NCBI RefSeq assembly: GCF_018398315.1
Contig: NZ_JAHBRW010000002.1
Location: 22,637-46,636, forward strand
DNA: 24,000 nucleotides
Source of the DNA: Chelatococcus sp. YT9
GTDB taxonomy: Bacteria > Pseudomonadota > Alphaproteobacteria > Rhizobiales > Beijerinckiaceae
Direction of reading: 5' to 3'
The notes below the pieces were generated by a model that did not search any database, was not told where the DNA came from, and worked only from the letters and a program-made list of their open reading frames with translations. Below, piece by piece: positions 10,338 through 18,393 of this stretch. The translations under genes and the position numbers were made by a program. Each line of letters opens with the position of its first letter. Positions within the stretch are counted from its first letter, which is position 1.

Positions 10338-11317
10338 GCTTCGGCACACGGATCTCCGGCTTCGGCCACTTCGTGCCCGATCGTAAGGTCGCGAACGCCG
10401 AGATCGAAGCGATGCTCGGGCTAGGCGCCGGTTGGATCGAGGGCCGCACCGGCATCCGCTCGCGCTTTTGGGCGGAGCCTGACGATACTTTGTCCGGATT
10501 GGCAGCCAGAGCTGGCGACATGGCGCTGAAAGCATCCGGCGTGGTCCGCGACCAGATTGGCCTTCTGTTGCTCGCCACTTCGACGCCCGACCATCTGCTG
10601 CCACCGAGCGCACCTCTTGTCGCCCACAAACTCGGCCTCGCCAAGGCCGGCGCCGTGGACCTCGCCGGCGCCTGTGCCGGGTTCATCTATGCGCTGACCT
10701 TCGCTGACGGCTTCGTCCGTCTCCATAATAAGCCAGCCCTCGTGATCGCCGCCAATATCCTGAGCCGCCGTATCAACCTGGCGGAGCGGGCGAGCGCGGT
10801 CCTGTTCGCCGACGCAGGCGGAGCCGTGGTGCTCTCGCCCTGCGACAGCCCGGAGCGCGGCATCCTTGGCGCGTCAGTACTCGCCGATGGCGCCGGATAC
10901 GACCTGATCCAGATCCCGGCGGGTGGCAGCAGCTGCCCCTTCACCGCTCAAATCAAGGCTACGGAAACGCAAATGACTATTGCCGATGGTCGAGCGGTCT
11001 TCGCTCACGCCGTCGGGATAATGAGCCGCTGTTCGCAGGAGGCGCTCACCTCAGCCGGACTGGCCGCGACCGACGTCAGCCGCTTCGTACCGCACCAGGC
11101 CAATGCTCGCATCTCCAAAGCCGTCTGTAAAACCCTCGGCATTGCCGATGATCGGACCATCAAAACTATCGCCGACTTTGGCAATTCCTCCGCCGCCACG
11201 ATCCCGCTGTCGCTCTCCCTAGCCCATGCAAGGCAGTCATTCCGACCTGGCGAAAAGGTACTGCTTGCAGCCGCAGGAGCGGGCTTGACTGGCGGAGCCC
11301 TGATAGTCGGTATGTAA
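10334..11317 (+). CDS. bioZ: Beta-ketoacyl-ACP synthase III family protein BioZ (pimeloyl-ACP precursor synthesis)
   Basis: KAS III/FabH-like: [14 protein letters not shown] (active-site Cys), [22 protein letters not shown]. Last gene of bioBFDAZ. ATGA overlap with bioA; the ORF track gives a GTG at 10325. Confidence 0.92.
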   Translation: MSFGTRISGFGHFVPDRKVANAEIEAMLGLGAGWIEGRTGIRSRFWAEPDDTLSGLAARAGDMALKASGVVRDQIGLLLLATSTPDHLLPPSAPLVAHKLGLAKAGAVDLAGACAGFIYALTFADGFVRLHNKPALVIAANILSRRINLAERASAVLFADAGGAVVLSPCDSPERGILGASVLADGAGYDLIQIPAGGSSCPFTAQIKATETQMTIADGRAVFAHAVGIMSRCSQEALTSAGLAATDVSRFVPHQANARISKAVCKTLGIADDRTIKTIADFGNSSAATIPLSLSLAHARQSFRPGEKVLLAAAGAGLTGGALIVGM

Positions 11318-11672
11318 TAAGCTGACATGTATTCGACGATCTGGGTGCCTCGAAGCACCGGTGTCGGCAAAGCCAGATTTCCCCAGCACGGCGTGCCGGC
11401 GCGAGCGACCCTCATAGTTCCTCGTCCTGCGCGCTGTGGCCGGCAGTCGCAGCGCCTGTAGGCTTTCGCGACATCGATAGCTTTTCGTGCCGTCGGACCT
11501 CACCGGCCACTCCCAACGTACCTTGCCCCCAAGCACGTGATAACCCTTTGCTTTCGAATGACTTCGCGCACCTCCTCACAGCGCGGCCGTGGGTTCTCGC
11601 CACCGCGACGGGACGATGTAACGCTCTGCCGCGTGAAAGAGCAGGGTCGACGACATTTTAAGCTCAAAAAGA

Positions 11673-11684
11673 ATGAAATTTCAT
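11673..11684. promoter_or_regulatory. 12 bp perfect palindrome ATGAAATTTCAT upstream of the ABC transporter operon, next to a putative -10 (CATAAT)
   Basis: Read directly, gaATGAAATTTCATgcataatcactgtc, in the 420 bp non-coding gap between bioZ and the substrate-binding protein gene. Confidence 0.35.
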
Positions 11685-11779
11685 GCATAATCACTGTCGC
11701 TGGTTCCGCCCCATAGGCAAGCTGGCGGAAAGAGGCGATGATCGCCCGGCAGAGGGGACATAAGGGAGCGTGGATCGAC

Positions 11780-12835
11780 ATGATCGGGATTCAGCAGAAG
11801 CAGCGCGGCTGGGCGCTCGGCAAAGGTATCACACTCGCGTGCGCCATCGCCGCGTCGGCAGCGGGGCTCGCGACGGCCAGCGCGCAAACCATTCCGACGA
11901 TTCGCGTAGGCTGGACCGTTCCGGCCGAGGACGCGAAATACTGGATGATGAAGCGTCCGCAGGAATTCCCCAATCTCGGCAAGAAGTATAACGTCGAGTG
12001 GGTGCAGTTCCAGGGCACTGCGCAGATGGTCCAGGCAATGGCAGCCGGTGCGCTCGACTGTTCGACCCAGGGCGTCCTGTCGCTCGCGCAGGGCGCCGCT
12101 TCCGCTGGCCTGCAGACCTACATCGTCGCCCAGCATGTCGGCGAGAAAGCGCCGGGGAGCTTTTCCGTGTATTGGGCTGTAAAAGAAGACAGCCCCATCA
12201 AATCCGTGAAGGACTTCAAGGGTAAGACCATCGGCCTCAATGTGCTCGGAACGGGGATCTGGGGGCCGCTCGCCATCGCGCTGAAGAAGAACGGGATCGA
12301 TCCGGACAAGGACGTCAAGCTCGTGGAAGCGGCGTTCCCCACCCAGGAAGACGCCATCAGAACCGGCCGTCTCGATATCGGCGTGCTCAACCAGCCGTTC
12401 GCCGCGCGTGCGGAGGCGAAGGGTGGGCTGCGCAAGGTCTTCTCGATTTCCGAGGAAATTCCCGACATTGTCCATATCCTCGAGGCCTGCAGCAAGACCT
12501 TCGTAGATAAGAACCCCGAACTTGCGGCGCTCTATGTCGAGGATCTGACCGCGGGCATGGGCAAGGCGCTCGCCAACCGTGATGAGACCTTGAAAATCGT
12601 CACGGAGATCTTCAAAGCGCCTGTACAGGTCTTTGATCCATTCTACTTCAAGGCGCGCGCATCCAATGATGCGCCATTGGGTTCGGCGGATTTCGCGCGT
12701 GATCCCGGTGCGGCTGCCAACTACGATGGCATCCAGGCCATGTTCAAGCTTTACTATGATGTCGGCATGCTGCCGAAACAGCTTGACGTAAAGGACTTCA
12801 AGCACGCCAAGATTTTCGCGCCACTCAAGCCATGA
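11780..12835 (+). CDS. ABC transporter periplasmic substrate-binding protein (SsuA/TauA/NMT1-like)
   Basis: Signal peptide-like GKGITLACAIAASAAGLATASAQ followed by TIRVGWTVPAED..., VKEDSPIKSVKDFKGKTIGLNVLGTG. The alternative ATG at 11738 also has an SD-like sequence, so the start is uncertain. Confidence 0.9.
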   Translation: MIGIQQKQRGWALGKGITLACAIAASAAGLATASAQTIPTIRVGWTVPAEDAKYWMMKRPQEFPNLGKKYNVEWVQFQGTAQMVQAMAAGALDCSTQGVLSLAQGAASAGLQTYIVAQHVGEKAPGSFSVYWAVKEDSPIKSVKDFKGKTIGLNVLGTGIWGPLAIALKKNGIDPDKDVKLVEAAFPTQEDAIRTGRLDIGVLNQPFAARAEAKGGLRKVFSISEEIPDIVHILEACSKTFVDKNPELAALYVEDLTAGMGKALANRDETLKIVTEIFKAPVQVFDPFYFKARASNDAPLGSADFARDPGAAANYDGIQAMFKLYYDVGMLPKQLDVKDFKHAKIFAPLKP

Positions 12836-13671
12836 GCCATGCAGAACTGATGCAACAACGGATCGCGACCGGGGAGCGGAACGCGTTGCCTCAACCCTCG
12901 ATGATCTCCATCGAGAGCGTGTCGAAATTCTTCGACACGCGGCGCGACAGGCGCCATCTTGCCTTGAGCGAGATAACCCTCTCCGTCGCACGTGGCGAAT
13001 TCGTTTCGATACTAGGGCCTTCCGGCTGCGGGAAGTCGACGTTGTTGTACATCGTTGGCGGCTTCGTGCAGCCGTCTGCGGGGCAGGTGCTGGTCAACGA
13101 CCGCCCTGTCGAAGGGCCGGGGCCGGACCGGGGACCCGTCTTCCAGGAATTCGCGCTCTTCCCGTGGAAGACTGTGCTCGGCAATGTGACCTACGGGCTT
13201 GACCAGCGCGGAGTGCCGAAAGCGGAGGCCGTGGCGCGCGCGCGGGAATTGCTCGCCATGGTCAGCCTCTCCGGGTATGAGAACTTCTACCCGAAGGAAC
13301 TGTCGGGCGGCATGAAGCAGCGCGTCGCGATCGCCCGCACGCTCGCCTACAAGCCCAATATTCTTCTCATGGACGAGCCTTTCGGCGCACTCGATGCGCA
13401 AACGCGCACGCGGTTGCAGAACGATCTACTGAAGATCTGGGACGAGGATCGCAAGACCGTGCTGTTCGTCACCCACAGCGTCGAGGAGGCGGTGTTCCTG
13501 TCCGACCGCGTGGTGATGATGTCGCGCTCGCCGGGCCGCATCCAGGATATCATCGACATCGACCTGCCGCGCCCGCGCGATCGCGCTTCGCTCCTCCTCG
13601 ACCGGCGCTACCAGGACTATGTCGTCAGCATCGAGCGGATGATGGACGCCCAGACCGGGGACCACGCGTGA
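12832..13671 (+). CDS. ABC transporter ATP-binding protein (SsuB/TauB-like)
   Basis: Walker A GPSGCGKST, signature LSGGMKQRVAIARTL, Walker B ILLMDEPFGALD, H-loop FVTHSVEEA. Confidence 0.96.
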   Translation: MSHAELMQQRIATGERNALPQPSMISIESVSKFFDTRRDRRHLALSEITLSVARGEFVSILGPSGCGKSTLLYIVGGFVQPSAGQVLVNDRPVEGPGPDRGPVFQEFALFPWKTVLGNVTYGLDQRGVPKAEAVARARELLAMVSLSGYENFYPKELSGGMKQRVAIARTLAYKPNILLMDEPFGALDAQTRTRLQNDLLKIWDEDRKTVLFVTHSVEEAVFLSDRVVMMSRSPGRIQDIIDIDLPRPRDRASLLLDRRYQDYVVSIERMMDAQTGDHA

Positions 13672-14453
13672 TGGGGCGGGTGACTTCCATGCCCGCACTG
13701 GCCCCGCTCATTGCTTGCGCGGGCATCCTTGCCATCTGGGAGCTCCTGTCGCTCTACTTCGGCCTCGACGGCCTGCCACCCCCCTCGGTGGCGCTGTGGC
13801 AGGTGCCTGTCATCCTCACCGACCCGCAATCGCTCTTCGATATCGCTGATTCCCTGCGGCGCATGGCCATCGGCATCGCGCTGGCGCTCGTCTTCGCCAT
13901 CCCTGTCGGCCTCTGGATGGGCCGCAGCCGTCTGGCGGCCGCCTTTTTCAATCCGCTCCTCTCGGTCATTTACCCCGTGCCTAAGGCGGCCTTGATGCCC
14001 ATCGTCATGCTGTGGCTGGGCGTTGGTGATGCCTCGAAGATCCTCGTCATTTTCCTCGGCGTCACCCTGCCGCTGATCTACCACAGCTATCAGGGCAGCC
14101 GGGCCGTGGAGGAGAAGCTTCTCTGGTCGGCCGCGGCCATGGGCATGCAACCGACCGCGCGGCTTGCCCGCATCGTCCTGCCCGCCGCCTTGCCGGAAAT
14201 CCTCGTGGGCTGCCGCACAGCGCTCGTGCTGGGGCTGATCACCATGGTGACGAGTGAGATGATCGCGCGCCAGACCGGCATTGGCAATCTTGTCTTTCAA
14301 TCACTCGAGATGGGCATCTACGACACGGTCTATGCGATGATCGTCATCATCGGCGCACTCGGCTTCATCCTTGATGCGCTGTTCGAGAGGCTGCGCGGCT
14401 GGCTTGTCGGCTGGGCGGAACCCGCGCAATCCATTGTCGTGGGCTCCACATGA
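13668..14453 (+). CDS. ABC transporter permease (SsuC/TauC-like), first permease
   Basis: Multi-TM protein with EAA-type loop MGMQPTARLARIVLPAALPEILVGCRTALVLGLITMVTSEM. GTG start overlapping the ATPase stop. Confidence 0.93.
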   Translation: MMGRVTSMPALAPLIACAGILAIWELLSLYFGLDGLPPPSVALWQVPVILTDPQSLFDIADSLRRMAIGIALALVFAIPVGLWMGRSRLAAAFFNPLLSVIYPVPKAALMPIVMLWLGVGDASKILVIFLGVTLPLIYHSYQGSRAVEEKLLWSAAAMGMQPTARLARIVLPAALPEILVGCRTALVLGLITMVTSEMIARQTGIGNLVFQSLEMGIYDTVYAMIVIIGALGFILDALFERLRGWLVGWAEPAQSIVVGST

Positions 14454-15223
14454 ACGCGCGTTCTTCGCAGGCTGTCGTCGGAGTGCTCGGCGCGCTCCCC
14501 ATCGTCGGGCTTCTCGTCCTCTGGCAGGCCATCCACGCCTCCGGCATCGCTCCGCCAGCGCTGCTGCCCTCGCCGGTGGCGGTCTTCACGCGGTTTTTCC
14601 AACAGCTAGGTGACGCGAGTTTCCTGCAGAATGTCGGCGTGACGCTTTACCGGCTCTTCGTGGGATTCGCCGTGGCGGCGATCATCGGCATCGCCGCCGG
14701 GGTCCTGGCGACCGGCAGTAAGCTGTTCGCAAGCTTCCTGCTGCCGCTCGTGCGAGTGCTCGCGCCCGTGCCGAAAATCGCGCTGTACCCCGCCTTCACG
14801 CTGACGCTCGGTTATGACGATGCCTCGAAGATCGCCCTGGTGATCGCCGACGCGCTCTTTCCCATCCTGCTCGCCACGTATCAGGGCACGTCAGCCGTGG
14901 AGCCTAAGCTTGCATGGTCGGCCCGTGCAGCCGGGGTGTCGCAACTGCGCACCTTGTTCACCGTGGTCTTGCCCGCAGCCCTTCCCTCGGTGCTGACAGG
15001 CTGTCGCATCGGCCTTGTCATCTCGTGCATCGTGGTTTTCCTCGCGGAGATGATCACCTCGACGGACGGCCTCGGCCATCTCCTGATGCGCGCGGCGCGC
15101 AATTTCCAGACGGTCGACATGTTCGTGCCGCTGATCGCGATCTCGATCCTCGGCCTCCTCCTCAATGCGGCTTTCAACGCCCTGCGGCGCCATCTCCTGC
15201 GCGGATTTCCCGAGGAGAAATAG
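14450..15223 (+). CDS. ABC transporter permease (SsuC/TauC-like), second permease
   Basis: Multi-TM protein with EAA-type loop AAGVSQLRTLFTVVLPAALPSVLTGCRIGLVISCIVVFLAEM. ATGA overlap with the preceding gene. Confidence 0.93.
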   Translation: MNARSSQAVVGVLGALPIVGLLVLWQAIHASGIAPPALLPSPVAVFTRFFQQLGDASFLQNVGVTLYRLFVGFAVAAIIGIAAGVLATGSKLFASFLLPLVRVLAPVPKIALYPAFTLTLGYDDASKIALVIADALFPILLATYQGTSAVEPKLAWSARAAGVSQLRTLFTVVLPAALPSVLTGCRIGLVISCIVVFLAEMITSTDGLGHLLMRAARNFQTVDMFVPLIAISILGLLLNAAFNALRRHLLRGFPEEK

Positions 15224-15226
15224 TCG

Positions 15227-15721
15227 CTATCGCCGTGTACGCTCGGCGCACTCGCGGATCAGGAGATCGAGCGCCTTGAGGATCATGGCGCGCTCCTCCG
15301 GCGTCAGCGGTGCCAGCATGGCGGTCTCATGCTCCTTGGCCGCCTTCAGCATCGGCACCGCTCGCGCCCGTCCATCCGCGGTGAGATGGATGAGGACGCG
15401 GCGTCTGTCGCGCGTGTCGGCACGCCGCTCGACAAGTCCCTGGCGCTCCATGCGATCGAGAATCTTGGTCATGCGCGACTGGCCCATGATGGCCATGGCC
15501 GCAAGATCGCTGACCCCGAGGCCCTCGGCACCCGTGAGGCAGGCCAGAACCCGATATTCGGGCACCGATAGTTTCCAGGTCTTGAGCTTCTGGTGAAAGC
15601 CGCTCGCAACAAGATGGCTCGCGCGGGCAAGGAGATAGGACAGATAGGTCGCAGCGAAGCTGTCGGACGGGTTCTCCGCGGAAGGCGATGCGATCGTGAT
15701 CTCGTCCGTTGCGTCCTGCAT
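15227..15721 (-). CDS. MarR family transcriptional regulator
   Basis: KLSVPEYRVLACLTGAEGLGVSDLAAMAIMGQSRMTKILDRMERQGLVERRADTRDRRRVLIHLTADGRA is the MarR wHTH and wing (DxRDRR). Confidence 0.93.
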   Translation of the reverse strand: MQDATDEITIASPSAENPSDSFAATYLSYLLARASHLVASGFHQKLKTWKLSVPEYRVLACLTGAEGLGVSDLAAMAIMGQSRMTKILDRMERQGLVERRADTRDRRRVLIHLTADGRARAVPMLKAAKEHETAMLAPLTPEERAMILKALDLLIRECAERTRR

Positions 15722-15876
15722 GCGTCCTATCCAGCGGCCCTTCTGTACGGCCTATTCCTTTTCATATAGTCTTTATCCAAGCATGGCCTGCGCATAGGGG
15801 CTTGTCCATCGTCTCGCGCTGCTCGTCTTGGCCGGACCATCGCCGCTGACGCGATCGAGGCCCAGGTGAGGTGGCA

Positions 15877-15894
15877 TTTGGACCATGATCCAAA
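15877..15894. promoter_or_regulatory. Candidate operator: inverted repeat TTTGGA-CCATGA-TCCAAA in the divergent MarR/NicX-like region
   Basis: 6 bp perfect arms separated by 6 bp, read directly; about 110 bp upstream of the dioxygenase-like start. Confidence 0.35.
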
Positions 15895-16003
15895 GCACGA
15901 GCTTGGTCATGGCGATAATTTGCGACGGAACTGGCGGATCACTCAAAGAAAATGATCGATGCATTCGCCGAAACGAAGTGCATCTTACACCAAGGGATTG
16001 CCG

Positions 16004-17050
16004 ATGCTTGCGGATCGTATCGAGGGAAAGTGGATCGACGCCTTCACGGAGGTGATAGGGCGTTGCGGGGTCAAGCCCGGAGAGACGGCCGCCATCCTGT
16101 CCGAGACCCAGTCACGCCCGTTGAACGTGCATCTTGCCGAGCTTGCGCTTCTGCGCCTCGGCGCCCGCCCCTTCCACATCGTGCTGCCAACACCGCGCAA
16201 TCCTCATCCCGTACCAGTACGGTCCACCGGCGCCAGCACGGCGATCGGAGGGCTGGAACCGGTTATCACGGCGCTGTCGCAGGCGGGCTTCATCGTCGAC
16301 TGCACGATCGAGGGGCCGATGCATGCGCCGGAAACGCCGGCGATCCTGAAATCAGGAGCGCGCATCCTGTCCATTTCCAATGAGCATCCGGAAGCCCTGG
16401 AGCGCATGCGCCCGGATCCCGTCCTCGAGCAGCGGGTCCGCAATGCCGCGCGTATGGCGCGCGCCAGCCACCGCATGACGGTGACGTCGACCGCGGGCAC
16501 CAACCTCACCATCGACATGACGGGCGCATCGACCGTCGGCATTTGGGGCTGGACGGAGAAGCCCGGCACGTTGGCTCATTGGCCCGGCGGCATCGTCGTG
16601 AGCTTCCCGGCCAAGGGCACCGTGAATGGAACGCTGGTGCTCGACCGTGGCGATATCAACCTGACTTTCAAACGCTATCTGGAATCACCGATCCGCCTGA
16701 CGCTCGCGGATGACTACATCACCGACATTGCCGGCGATGGCACCGACGTTGCCCTGATGCGTCGCTATCTCGAAGCCTGGGGCGATCGCGAGGCCTATGC
16801 GGTCTCGCATGTGGGCTGGGGCATGAACCCCGGCGCCCGCTATGAGGCCTTGACCATGTATGATCAGCGGGACACCAACGGGACGGAGCTGCGTGCTGTG
16901 CCCGGGAATTTCCTGTTCTCGACCGGCGCCAACGAGTTCGCCGGGCGCTTCACGGCCGGACATTTCGACATCCCCGTGATGAACACCACCATCATCCTCG
17001 ATGAAACCGTCGTCGTGCAGCACGGCGTCCTGCAGGACGTGTTCGGCTGA
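16004..17050 (+). CDS. NicX-like protein (2,5-dihydroxypyridine 5,6-dioxygenase / M29 aminopeptidase-like fold)
   Basis: 348 aa; SHVGWGMNPGA...GNFLFSTGANEFAGRFTAGHFDIPVMNTTIILD matches the NicX-like C-terminal region with the His...His-x-Asp ligand pattern. ATG preceded by AAGGG; the ORF track starts upstream at 15959. Confidence 0.8.
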   Translation: MLADRIEGKWIDAFTEVIGRCGVKPGETAAILSETQSRPLNVHLAELALLRLGARPFHIVLPTPRNPHPVPVRSTGASTAIGGLEPVITALSQAGFIVDCTIEGPMHAPETPAILKSGARILSISNEHPEALERMRPDPVLEQRVRNAARMARASHRMTVTSTAGTNLTIDMTGASTVGIWGWTEKPGTLAHWPGGIVVSFPAKGTVNGTLVLDRGDINLTFKRYLESPIRLTLADDYITDIAGDGTDVALMRRYLEAWGDREAYAVSHVGWGMNPGARYEALTMYDQRDTNGTELRAVPGNFLFSTGANEFAGRFTAGHFDIPVMNTTIILDETVVVQHGVLQDVFG

Positions 17051-17463
17051 CGAAGTGCGGCGCGATGGTGGGCATGGCTATCACGACCTCCTTTCAGACC
17101 TGCCCGGCGAGCTGGAGCGTCGGATCCTGATCAGCCCCGGCATTGGCTGGCTGATCATCGCAGGCCGGCAGTGGTTCGAGATGCATCTCGTGATGCTCGG
17201 CGTCGTCATGCTCCGCCTTGCACGCTTTGCCATGAACACCACCGCCGAGCGCACCGCACGGCATGCGCTGTCCTGACGGGACGGCCGCTGAACGGCGCTG
17301 GATGATGAGCGCCATGGACTGTGAAATACGAAGAATGATACTTACATGATTAAAGCCGTCGATTTAGTATACAATCACTGTCACGTGCTCACCGATGGTC
17401 GGATGGGAGCACTGCCCGGCGGTTTCCGACGCGGCGTGGAGTGGGATAGAAGAGGAAACCGAG

Positions 17464-18279
17464 ATGCGTTCCGCTCGTCAGAACATCGCTCTGGCCGATC
17501 CGATTTGGCTCACGATCCAGGCCGAAGCACGCGAGGGCGTCGCGCATGAGCCAGAACTGGCGAGCTTGCTGTATGCGGGCATTCTCCATCACAGCAGCCT
17601 GGAGGGAGCCGTCGCGGCGCGTGTTGCCAACCGCATAGCCCATGATTTCTTGCCGCCCGATCTGATCAATGCCGCTTTCTCGCAGGCCCTCCGCGCTGAT
17701 CGCAACATGCGGCAGGCCATCAGGGCGGATTTGGCAGCCGTTCTCGATAGGGATCCGGCCACGACGCGCTACCTTGAGCCGTTGCTGCATTTCAAGGGCT
17801 TCCATGCCCTGCAGGCCCATCGCCTCTCCCACTGGCTCTGGCGCGAGGGGCGCAAGGATCTCTCTCTCGCGATCCAGAGCGCGGCCGCCGAGGCGCTGCA
17901 GGTCGACATTCATCCAGCTGTGAAGATTGGCCTCGGAATCTTCTTCGATCACGCGACCGGTATTGTCATCGGAGAAACCAGCGAGATCGAGGATGATGTG
18001 TCGCTGCTGCAGGGCGTCACGCTGGGCGGCACGGGTAGCCGGAACTGCAAGAGGCATCCGAAGTTGCGCTCGGGCGTTCTCGTCGGCGCTGGCGCGATCC
18101 TGCTCGGTGACATCGAGATCGGCCATGGCGCGCGGGTGGGAGCGGGGTCGGTCGTGCTGCATTCCGTGCCGCCCTATACGACCGTTGCCGGCGTTCCCGC
18201 GGTCAAGGTCGGCATGGTCGATCGCACGATCGAACCGGCCAAAAGCATGGATCAGATGTTCTATGACGTGGGGCTGTGA
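17464..18279 (+). CDS. cysE: Serine O-acetyltransferase (CysE/EpsC type)
   Basis: DPIWLTIQAEAREGVAHEPELASLLYAGILHHSSLEGAVAARVANRI, left-handed beta-helix repeats DIHPAVKIGLGIFFDHATGIVIGETSEIEDDVSLLQGVTLGG. SD AGAGGAAA before the ATG at 17464. Confidence 0.93.
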   Translation: MRSARQNIALADPIWLTIQAEAREGVAHEPELASLLYAGILHHSSLEGAVAARVANRIAHDFLPPDLINAAFSQALRADRNMRQAIRADLAAVLDRDPATTRYLEPLLHFKGFHALQAHRLSHWLWREGRKDLSLAIQSAAAEALQVDIHPAVKIGLGIFFDHATGIVIGETSEIEDDVSLLQGVTLGGTGSRNCKRHPKLRSGVLVGAGAILLGDIEIGHGARVGAGSVVLHSVPPYTTVAGVPAVKVGMVDRTIEPAKSMDQMFYDVGL

Positions 18280-18280
18280 C

Positions 18281-18295
18281 GGCAGCATCGCTGCC
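18281..18295 (+). terminator. Short perfect hairpin GGCAGC-ATC-GCTGCC directly after the cysE stop
   Basis: 6 bp stem and 3 nt loop immediately downstream of TGA; followed by attct, no real U-tract. Confidence 0.3.
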
Positions 18296-18393
18296 ATTCT
18301 GAAAAGCAGCGCATCCGCGACACCGTTCCTCTACCGGGCCGGGAACAGCGCGGCATCCGACGTGCGCAGGCCTGAGGGACAGGAGGCAAGCCA

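Noticed and set aside
11344-11359. Hairpin GGTGC-CTCGAA-GCACC just after bioZ
   Set aside because: Only a 5 bp stem and no U-tract; too weak to call a terminator.
11681-12991. 436 aa minus-strand ORF opposite the substrate-binding protein gene
   Set aside because: Shadow ORF; the opposite frame has a signal peptide and a conserved periplasmic-binding fold, and this one has no family resemblance.
17389-18297. 302 aa minus-strand ORF opposite cysE
   Set aside because: Shadow of the CysE hexapeptide repeats; composition and lack of motifs argue against coding.
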